Below, piece by piece: positions 51,717 to 60,306 of a stretch of 64,000 nucleotides of DNA. Position numbers and translations under genes: made by a program. The stretch's first letter is position 1. Each line of letters opens with the position of its first letter. Below the pieces are notes generated by a model. It worked only from the letters and a program-made list of their open reading frames with translations. It did not search any database and was not told where the DNA came from. Origin of the DNA: Thecamonas trahens ATCC 50062 (Eukaryota > Protista > Apusomonadida). Location of the stretch: the NCBI RefSeq assembly GCF_000142905.1, contig NW_013657669.1, forward strand, positions 62,001-126,000, read 5' to 3'.

Positions 51717-53399
51717 TCATGAAAAGGATGCCGCATTCGACAAGGAGGTTGACGACGACAAAGGTGATGATGATGACGACGACGACGATGATGACGATGA
51801 CGATGACAGCATGGCACCCCCTTGCTCGTTCAGCGAGATGACAGAGGTGACAAATGGTGGAGACTCGGCACCGGGAGTGTGGGCGGCTGGAGGTGGAAGA
51901 CAGATCGAGGGTCCGTAGGGCTCGACGCTGCTGTGATCGTTCTCATCAAAGCACGAGTTGAGCACGTCCATCTCGACCGATCCAAACGTGTTCGCCAAGA
52001 CCATCGAGTTTCTCATTGCCGCTTCCCTCCGCGACGTGTCGCGCGCAAGTACGGCGTCCTCGAGCACACCCAGAAACTCGCCAGCCGCAACAAGAACGTT
52101 GGGATCGGCTTCGATGTCCTGCAGCTCGTGGGTAATGACACCCACAAGTAGTTGCTGTCGCTTCTCAGCAGTGAGGAAGGCACCTTCCTGTTCACGACGG
52201 ATGATGATAACATCCTGGACAAGAGAATGAATCGCAACGCCAAGGAGAGCCAGAAGCGCAAGCACGGTGGCGACGACCAAGAACGTGGAGATCGCACCCG
52301 ACTGCGAAGTGCGCTCCGAGTAGGACGACGAGCCAATGAGAAGGATGGCCAGCAGACAGATTGTGAGCCGAATGTCGACATTGTTGTAAAGAGGGATGTA
52401 GTACGGCCGCCGCGAGACAACAAAATAGAGGCCCATGCCAAGCACAATCATGATGAGCGCAATCTGGAAGAGCTGGTGGTTGGAGAAGAAGACGGAGACC
52501 ACTACAAGCGAGAGGCGCCTGCCCAGCTCCACCACTCCACCCCAGTAGTATGCCCGCCGATAGAGGCGGTAGAGGGTGCCAAATCGAATGGTCGTCGATG
52601 GCTCGAACAGCTTGTGGCGACGATTGGCCATCGCAAAGGCAAAGTAGACCGGCACACCGATGACACCAATAAGAAGCGCCGCGGCGGCGAGCGGCAGCGT
52701 CTGCAACCACGCAGCGTCAAAGCACTTGATGCCGGGATCGGCGTCCAGCCCGTACGAGCCATCTGGAAGCTTGGAGCAGTCAAAAAAGACCAAGACCGCT
52801 CGCGACATTGGAATGTAGAGCAGCGGCGCAAGGGAGAACGTCACCGCATCCACGACCGTTCGCGTCGCCAAGCCAGAGAGTGGCGCGTAAACACGCACTT
52901 GCGACGAGAGTACAGCCTTGATCACAAGCATCATCCCCATGGTACACGCAATGACAAAGATCGGCGAGAGCACAGAAAACGCGTACTTGGCGTAAAACGA
53001 AATCAGGGTGCACTCGGTTGCAAACACGTCCACATCCACGTTGAAGATGTTGAACGGCTGCAACAGTGCGCGCGACGCATCTGTCCACGCCAGCTTGGCG
53101 TCGGCAAGGATGCCGACAACCTGGAAGGCGACAAGCACCATCGACAACGTTGCAGGCACCATGTTGGCTCGAAACAGCCGAATCAGGTTGCCAGATGACG
53201 ACGCAGCGGCCTGGGCGTGTAACTGCGCTGTGCGCGAAAGACGCCACGCAAGCACAGCGGCCATCGTACCAGACAAAGCGATGGCAATAAGCACAAACAG
53301 CGTAAACAGCCCAACAGAGCCCTTTGGACATGGCTCGCACTCGCGATCGCCGTTGGAAAACGGCCGCCCCACAGAACTGCCCCCCTTCCCCCAATGCAT
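51717..53399 (-). CDS. Multi-pass membrane protein of the expanded protist Cys-rich ectodomain + multi-TM family; apparently 5'-truncated
   Basis: CEPCPKGS, then FQVVGIL, FFDC...LDADPGIKC, RFGTLYRLYRRAYYWGGVVELGRRL and RPY; Ser-rich tail. No signal peptide or large ectodomain upstream. Confidence 0.78.
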   Translation of the reverse strand: MHWGKGGSSVGRPFSNGDRECEPCPKGSVGLFTLFVLIAIALSGTMAAVLAWRLSRTAQLHAQAAASSSGNLIRLFRANMVPATLSMVLVAFQVVGILADAKLAWTDASRALLQPFNIFNVDVDVFATECTLISFYAKYAFSVLSPIFVIACTMGMMLVIKAVLSSQVRVYAPLSGLATRTVVDAVTFSLAPLLYIPMSRAVLVFFDCSKLPDGSYGLDADPGIKCFDAAWLQTLPLAAAALLIGVIGVPVYFAFAMANRRHKLFEPSTTIRFGTLYRLYRRAYYWGGVVELGRRLSLVVVSVFFSNHQLFQIALIMIVLGMGLYFVVSRRPYYIPLYNNVDIRLTICLLAILLIGSSSYSERTSQSGAISTFLVVATVLALLALLGVAIHSLVQDVIIIRREQEGAFLTAEKRQQLLVGVITHELQDIEADPNVLVAAGEFLGVLEDAVLARDTSRREAAMRNSMVLANTFGSVEMDVLNSCFDENDHSSVEPYGPSICLPPPAAHTPGAESPPFVTSVISLNEQGGAMLSSSSSSSSSSSSSSPLSSSTSLSNAASFS

Positions 53400-54200
53400 T
53401 GTTTCACCAAGTGTGCCGTGATAACCTTTATCCCTGAATGGGTACGGTCGTTGCGACGCGTTGTCGCGCGGCTCAAGTGATTAACTCGATGATGATTGAC
53501 TTCCAGGTCACCGGCCGGCGCTGGGCGACGCTTGCTTGGCCTGCGGCTTGAGGTGGGAGCCGTACCCGCACGTGATGGCAACCGACACGTAGATGCCCGC
53601 CTGAAGGATGCCTGACCTGGGAGCATGGCGAGGTGCGCGAGGTGCCGCACGGTGCCGATGCCGAGGAGTGGCGGGCGCGGACGGTGTGGAGCTTGTCGTT
53701 GACGACCCCCGACGACCGGGAAGGAGAGCATGCCAGAGTTGAACACAGCGGTCAGACGGGAGAGCGCGAGGACATTGTGGATCTTCTTGCGACGGACGAG
53801 CTTGCCGGTCGGTGTGGCCGACGCCGACATGAGAAGCGAGGACGTGCGGCGGTGGCGCGTGTTGAGCCATTCAAGATCAAAGAATCGAGGTACTCGAGCG
53901 CCGTTGAGAGGCCAGCAACGAGCGCGCCGACCGACTCGAAGCCGGCGCCCGTGGGAAAGGCCACCGCAGCGTCGGCAATCTCCTCCGCGAGCACGAGGCT
54001 GATCACGTCGGTGAAGAAATGGCCGACGGCAGCCACGCGCCGCGGCACGCAGTGCATCAACGCGAAGAACGAGTCAGGCTCGCCGCGAGCGTGCGCGTCA
54101 TGGCCGCAACGGCCGTCACAGTGAGAAGCTCTCCGTTCGCCGAGTCGAGCCGCACCGGCGGCGCCATGCCGGTGGCGACCACCAACGACGGCGCCGTGTT
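53400..54200 (-). pseudogene. Degenerate coding remnants
   Basis: Short stretches with coding-like codon usage in shifting frames (GHFFTDVISLVLAEEIADAAVAF..., GKLVRRKKIHNVLALSRL...), broken by stops. Confidence 0.4.
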
Positions 54201-54309
54201 CGGCTACGTCAACATAAACACATTCGATTCTCCGATCCCGCAGCTCTGCACGGAACCAGCCGCAGGCGGTCAGCGACGGACGACGTCGACCGCACTGGTC
54301 TCGAGACCT

Positions 54310-54839
54310 ATGTCGGCCGCCGGCAAGATTTACGTCGCCTCTGGCTCGCCCGTCAAGGTCGAGTCCGTGGCCAAGGCCGTCGGGAAGGCCGCAGCGATGA
54401 CGTGGTGGCGGTCAAGGTTGGCTCTGGTGTGGCCGAGCAGCCGGTCGGCCATGAGGAGACGCGGCGCGGTGCGTCGCAGCGTGCTCAGGCCGTGCTCGAC
54501 TCGCTCGATGACGATGCTATCGGAGTTGTTGTATCGCTTGAGAACGGCGTGGTTGAAATGCTGCCTGGGGAGTGGTTTGATCTCTGCTGGGTCTTGGTCG
54601 TCGACATCGCCACCCGATCCGAGTCATGGGCCCACTCGGCCGGCGTCAAAGTGCCTGTCAAGCATGTCGACGCTGCCCGCGCCGTCGGCTTCTCCCGCAC
54701 TGTCGGCTCGTTTCTTGCTGAAGAGACCGCCTGCGATCCGCAAGATCCGCATGCTATGCTCTCCAACGGTGCCATCGGCCGCGGAGAGCTGCTCCTCCAA
54801 GCCGTGGTCCTTGCCCTCGGCACCTACGCATGGGCATAA
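54310..54839 (+). CDS. yjjX: YjjX-type inosine/xanthosine triphosphatase (NTPase_I-T family); one apparent 1-nt frame break
   Basis: KIYVASGSPVKVESV in one frame, then VKVGSGVAEQPVGHEETRRGASQRA, VSLENGV and LSNGAIGRGELLLQAVVLAL in the next. The frames join if GGG at 54382-54384 is GGGG. Confidence 0.85.
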
Positions 54840-55498
54840 TCCAATTCTTCTCTGATAGGTGCCACACGGCACACGGCGCACCCGTGCCCACCATTGCCCA
54901 CTGTTACTGATGCATCCAGGACGCGGCAGTCGTCATATCACTCGTGATGCCTGCTACCATGCCTACCACAGCCATCGTCATGGCCTCCCACAGTGGAAGC
55001 AGCGCTCGATCTCCTTCGATCTTCCTTGATCTCCATACACACACACACACACGCACACACACACTCTCTCTCTCTCTCCTACACGCATACGCCAAGGCAA
55101 TCAAGACATACATTGCTCACGCATCACTATCCCTCCCCATCCCCTCTCATCCTGGTCAGACTGAGATTGGAAGGCGAACGAGGTGAGGCCGCGTCAGCCG
55201 AGACTATTTGCGGGCCAACACACAGCTCAAGGACGAGGTCCGCAGGCATATACTACGGAGGAAGAGCAAGCAGCAGCTTTTGGCCCTCCTCACTCTCTTA
55301 TCCACCTCGTCTCAAAACTCAGTCCTCAACAGCCTTGTCTGTAGGCATACTTTGCCCGTTCAAGGTACCCTCGCCTCGCTCGACGTGTCATCTTCGTCGC
55401 TCGCTTGCTCACTTGCTCGCTCGCTCGCTTGCGCACTTGCCGCACTTGCTCGCTCGCCCGCTCGCTCTCTGTCACACCACAGTCACATACATCGAATC

Positions 55499-56941
55499 AT
55501 GAGTGTAGTGATTGGTGGCCATGGCGGTGTATCGTCGATGGTTGCAAGGGTTCGGGATGCAGTGGTGTTTGGTTGGGAGATGATGGTCGATGAGTATCGA
55601 TCACTGGTAGACGCCCTCCCGCCGTCGCTGGCAAGAACGCTGCGGATTACCATCAATGCTGTGCTGGCTGCTACAAAGGTCCGCATCGGTGATGCGCTGC
55701 TCTCCTCGCTCATGTTGCTTTTCTCGGGCAAGGCAAGGGCCAAGGGGCTCGTCAAGGGCGTCCTCCTCCCGCCCATCGCCTCGTACGAGTCGGCCATGCT
55801 CGGCTCGTTTGTCTTCTCGTATACGCTCGCCTACGATCTGACGGTGGAAAACCTGTATCCAGCGTATGTGGCATCGCGCGAGGCGACGCCTCAGCCGCGG
55901 CGAATGCTCTCGCCGCGCTGGATCGGCGGGATCGGCGCCGCGCTGGCGACGCTGGGCCACGGGTACGCGCTAGCACGGCCGTCGGCAGGCGTCTTCCTCG
56001 GCGTCCGCGCCGTGGCGGCGCTGGGCAAGGCCAAGCTCGCGGCAGCTGGTGTGACGCTCGCCCCGTGGGTCTCGTACGCCGCCTTTGCGCTGGTCAACGG
56101 GCCGATCATGTATGCCGCCTTTCTCGAGCCGGCGCTGCTAGAGCGGTCATACTACTCGTGGATGCTGCGGGTCTCGGCCATGTCGCACCGCGAGCTGGAG
56201 ACCGTGGTGCGTGCACGGCGCCGCGCCGTGGCCGAGGGCGCAGATCCGTCTGCGCTCCCACTTGTCGACTGTGTCAATGGCTACCACGCCGGGCCGTCGT
56301 GTGCAGGTGCGATCACTGTCGATTGGGTGGCCGGCATCGGTCGCGCGCTCTGGGTCTACGTCCCGGTCCACCTCCTCCCGGTCCTGCTGTACAAGCGCCG
56401 CGCGCTGACGTCGGGCGACCCGCAGCGGACGATGCGCACCCTGGTCTCGCTCGGCAAGAACATTGCCGGCTCGGCAGCCTTTCTCTCGACCTACCAGGCC
56501 ATCTTCAAGGCCTGCGTCTGCGCTGGCCGGCGCATCCTTGGCTACGACTCGGGCCTCGTCTCGCTGTTTGGCGGCATGGCCACCGCTGTCTCGCTTCTGT
56601 GGGAAAAGCCGAAGCGGGTCTCCGAGCTCACCCTCTACTGCGCCTACAAGTCTGTGCTTGTGGTGTGGGCATGGGCGGTCTCGCGCTCGCTCGCCATTCC
56701 CATCCCGGGCGCCGAGCGCGCCATCCTCTCACTCGCCATCCTCACCCTCGTCACTCGGCCCGACAACGAGCTCCCGCCGTTCCTCACCTCCATCCGCTCC
56801 TCGCTCCTCCTCTCCGAGCGCGAGCTCCCACCGGCGTACGACGATCCACCGCCGGCCTACCACACCCTCCCGCCGTCACCCGCCGGCCAGTCGGAGGGCG
56901 ATCAGCTTTGGTTCGAGCCACAGGCCCTTGGTACTGCATAG
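55499..56941 (+). CDS. TMEM135: Transmembrane protein 135-like (Tim17 superfamily)
   Basis: IMYAAFLEPALLERSYYSWM, C...H...SC, VYVPVHLLP, SAAFLSTY and LLWEKPKRVSELTLY. Confidence 0.82.
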   Translation: MSVVIGGHGGVSSMVARVRDAVVFGWEMMVDEYRSLVDALPPSLARTLRITINAVLAATKVRIGDALLSSLMLLFSGKARAKGLVKGVLLPPIASYESAMLGSFVFSYTLAYDLTVENLYPAYVASREATPQPRRMLSPRWIGGIGAALATLGHGYALARPSAGVFLGVRAVAALGKAKLAAAGVTLAPWVSYAAFALVNGPIMYAAFLEPALLERSYYSWMLRVSAMSHRELETVVRARRRAVAEGADPSALPLVDCVNGYHAGPSCAGAITVDWVAGIGRALWVYVPVHLLPVLLYKRRALTSGDPQRTMRTLVSLGKNIAGSAAFLSTYQAIFKACVCAGRRILGYDSGLVSLFGGMATAVSLLWEKPKRVSELTLYCAYKSVLVVWAWAVSRSLAIPIPGAERAILSLAILTLVTRPDNELPPFLTSIRSSLLLSERELPPAYDDPPPAYHTLPPSPAGQSEGDQLWFEPQALGTA

Positions 56942-56950
56942 CGCCCTCGT

Positions 56951-57425
56951 TTATTGTTGCTTCTCGGCCTTGGCCTGCTCCCGCGCGTAAATCCGGCGCG
57001 CCTTCTCCAGCTTGGCCCGGCACGACATGACCGTCGTCTCGCTGTTGACCCAGCCACCAGCCACCAGCGCACTGACCGCAATCCCCGATCGTGCCGAGAT
57101 AGGCATCCGCTTTGCAATCGGTGCTGCCCATCTCCCCGCAACCGCAAACCCCCGTCGCCGTGTGTGAGTAAATCTCCCGCAGACGCCTACCACGTGCCCT
57201 CCACCCCCCGCAAACCGCTTGCCGTGACGCGCTTCACCAGCGGCACGCGCCCCCCCCCCCCGCCAACTCGCCAACTCGCCCGTCTCACTCGCTCGTCGTA
57301 CCCAGCGTCACAAAGGCCAGCGCAGGAATGCCAGCCACTGCCATGCCCACTCCCCAGGCGGGATACAGCTTTGACCAGCAGTATGCATTGATGTCGCCGT
57401 TGACAAGGTCGAAATCGTTGCTCAT
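56951..57425 (-). CDS. Small two-TM protein, RCF2 N-terminal / ENOD93-like; 2 exons (57425-57302, 57123-56951), 98 aa
   Basis: CTGG|GTACGA ... TACTCAC branch ... GGCAG|CA gives a phase-1 join: MSNDFD...AYCWSKLYPAWGVGMAVAGIPALAFVTLAPIAKRMPISARSGIAVSALVAGGWVNSETTVMSCRAKLEKARR. Confidence 0.7.
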
Positions 57426-57997
57426 GATATGCGGTTGAGCTGAGTGTGTTGTGTGTTGCTCAAACCAAACGCGGCGGCCTGACGCGCCCTCCCCCCAATT
57501 TGATTGCCAAGGGGTGCGGGCTGTCCCACACATATCTACTGCTATTTCGGGCGATCTAGCAACGGCAGGCTGATGAAAGCCAGGAAACAGAATCGGTGGT
57601 GGATGAGAAAGAACGCCATGTCCATCGCTACCCTTTCGCGTCGGTCGTGGACATGTACATGGAGATCATGGAGATTGGGAAGGTTGGGGAGCGTGGCCAT
57701 CTCGTGACCATGTGTGATGAATCGTATCACGCCATCATGGGAGCGATCGGACCTAGACCATCACAATGGTCCTCCAGTACGAGCTATCTGGCGTTTGTGC
57801 ACTCTCCTGCGAGCGTTTCTGCTGTCGGCACAGGCCCCTGTCCGCCAAATGGAAGCACCAGCTTCCATTCCTGTCAGAGCTGGAGTCCAGCTGGAGGCCA
57901 CCATCGACGGCCATTGCTCTCTTTGCTCTTCGCAGACTGCCTCGCTGGACAAGGTCGCGACAGAGCTTACCATAAAAGAGGCAGCCGTCTGGTGATA

Positions 57998-59040
57998 ATG
58001 GCTGACGAGGCAAGGGTGCACCAGAAGACGGTGGCGACGTCGCCGTTTGCCGTCGTGGTGGTGAGCCGGCCAGCCCCGTCGGACAAGTCGCGCAAGTCGC
58101 GCAAGTCGGGTGCGATGGAATTTCTGGCAGTGGACGAAGCTCGCGACGCGATCGTGGTTGGTGGCTCCCTGCTGGACATATGGATGCCGGACAAGTTCCC
58201 GAGGCCGCGGCACATCGAGAGACCATGGAGGAGGCCGGCGTGGCCATCGAGCTCAAGGGCGTGCTGCGGGTGGAGCAGAGCCCGCGCAGGCTAAGGTTCA
58301 TCTTTGCAGCGTCGCCGATCGATCCAGAAGCCAAGGCCAAGTCCGTGGCTGATGCCGAGTCGAATGGGGGAGCATGGCTGACGCTGGAGCAGCTTGCTGA
58401 TGGCCGCCGTCTGCGAGGCAGCGAGCTTTGCGATTGGGGCCGCGAGCTGGTTGATGCCGGCGCAACAGTCGACGACGTTGCTCCGCTGGCCCATCTGGTG
58501 ACAGCAGCTGGTGTGCCTGACGGCGAGCTCGTCCCGACTGGCGTGTCGCTGGAGGATTGGATCCTGGGCTCGCGCCCCAAGGTCGACTCTGTGTCTGTGC
58601 TGGGATCGCCCGAGCTGATGTCGATCCGCGAAGACGGCTGGACTCGCCGGACCGGCTGTCCCGTCGCGTACTCGTACACTGTCCTAGTGCGGACTGGTGG
58701 CGACGATGGCACCATTACCCACGCGCTGAGTGCGGTGCCCTTTGAAAAGGCGGGTCTGATCCTTTGCGCCGCTGCCGACGCCATGACCGAGGCCGCTCAC
58801 GATGCACCGTGGCATTGGGACGGTGTCCTCCGGATCGAGTACCTCCTCCATGGAGTGCAATCAGCCTCGTTCCATGCCGTGCTCGTTGCCACAATGCCCG
58901 ATCTTGATCCTGGCACCAGTCTTCCTCCCCTCACGCCGCGGTCTGCGCTCTACGCCGAGTTGACCCGCACGCTTACCCCCGTCCCAGTTGGCAGCTTTCT
59001 CACCCACGAGGGAGCGGACATTGATTTGCATCTGCAGTAG
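57998..59040 (+). CDS. NUDT18: Nudix hydrolase, NUDT18-like, with a degenerate C-terminal extension; one apparent frame break
   Basis: FAVVVV...EFLAVDEA in one frame, then RGWWLPAGHMDAGQVPEAAAHRETMEEAGV (Nudix box, first Glu replaced by Gln), LRVE, LRFIF and KSVADAESNGGAW in the next. The break lies at CGCGACGCGA, 58142-58151. Confidence 0.8.
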
Positions 59041-59235
59041 CACACACTACAAAGCCCGCCTCTGCACACGATTGATTGATTGATGGCCCTGCCCGCGCCA
59101 GCAGGTCATGTGAGGTCAGATCACCGCCATAGTCGAGTCGAGCTGGAGAGTAGCAGGTGTCAGCTTGGCAAAGCCACCACACGCCACCCACACGCCATAC
59201 CCCCACACGTGTCGCTCTCGGACGAGTACCAGGCC

Positions 59236-60268
59236 ATGGCGCTGTACTCGACGCCCACAGACGAAGATGTATCTGCAATGCGCATGGACTACCTCTTGGG
59301 CAATCTTCCTTCCTCCCAACCCCGCTACCGACGTGTCTCCCATGTACGTACCACACCGCGCACCCCCCCCCCCTCTTAAGCACCATCGCAGCATTGCAGC
59401 ATCATATCCTCCATGAAAGGCCGATGTGTTCGCCGGTCACAGAAGCCATAGTATTACGCAGATCATGGACATCGCAAGAGTCATGCTACAGTGTTGATGT
59501 CTTGCACCAACCCAGACGTGACAGTCACGTCCGCCAAGAAGACGAAAACATCGGCCTCATATCTTGCCGCCGAGGCCGTCATGGCCGTGGCTGCTGCAAA
59601 GAAGTGAGCATCAAGCAATGAGGGCACAAGCGGCCGAAAAAGCCGCGCAACCGGGCACAGAGCAGGCTACCACGGACAAGGCCGCCGCCTGCACACCAAA
59701 CGCGACAGATTTCCCAGGCGATCACGTCGGGCCAGGTCGATGAAGGTCGGATCAAGTCCCGCCAACATCAGCGATCAAATCTAGCCGAGTCGTGAAGCCA
59801 CTCACCCCCCACCGCCACCCCCCTCCCCTTCTCTTGCAGGAAGAGATGATCGCCAAGCTGGAACAGATGCAGGTTCCGGGCGTGGAGATCCCGCCGCGTG
59901 AGAACGAGCATCACTTTCGCGAGCTGACTGAAGCGTACGCAAAGGCGATGGCTGGCGACCGGGCGCCATCAAACTCCGGCGGCGCGAGTTGGCGCAAGCG
60001 CGCCCCAATGCCGCCTGTCGACGGCCTGCCCGACGAGCTCATGGCCGGGCTCGGCTCCGGGGCGGCAGGGCCGAGCGCCGGCAGCCTCGACATCGACGAC
60101 GAAAGCTGGACTAGCGGGACGGTGCAAAGGCTGATCTTTGGCGTCGTCTTTGCTGTCTTTCTCTACCGCATGCTCGCAATGATCCTCAACTCACCGGCGC
60201 TTGCCCGTGACGATCCGGCGTACGAGGCGACGCTGGGTCGGCACCCGACCGGCGGCCTTGGCCCATAA
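59236..60268 (+). CDS. Small single-pass membrane protein, 2 exons (59236-59343, 59840-60268)
   Basis: CAT|GTACGT ... CTCTTGCAG|GAA gives a phase-0 join. C-terminal TM LIFGVVFAVFLYRMLAMIL. Confidence 0.65.
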
Positions 60269-60306
60269 TCATACGTTTGGAAGCTTTACCCCCGGCCGGT
60301 GATTCC

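Noticed and set aside
55150-55498. Upstream extension of TMEM135 or a UGA read-through at 55184
   Set aside because: No ATG or family similarity, it includes (GCTC)n simple repeats, and no SECIS element or selenoprotein motif is recognisable.
57596-57997. In-frame upstream extension of the Nudix gene
   Set aside because: Atypical codon usage, no motif, and it lies in the divergent promoter region.
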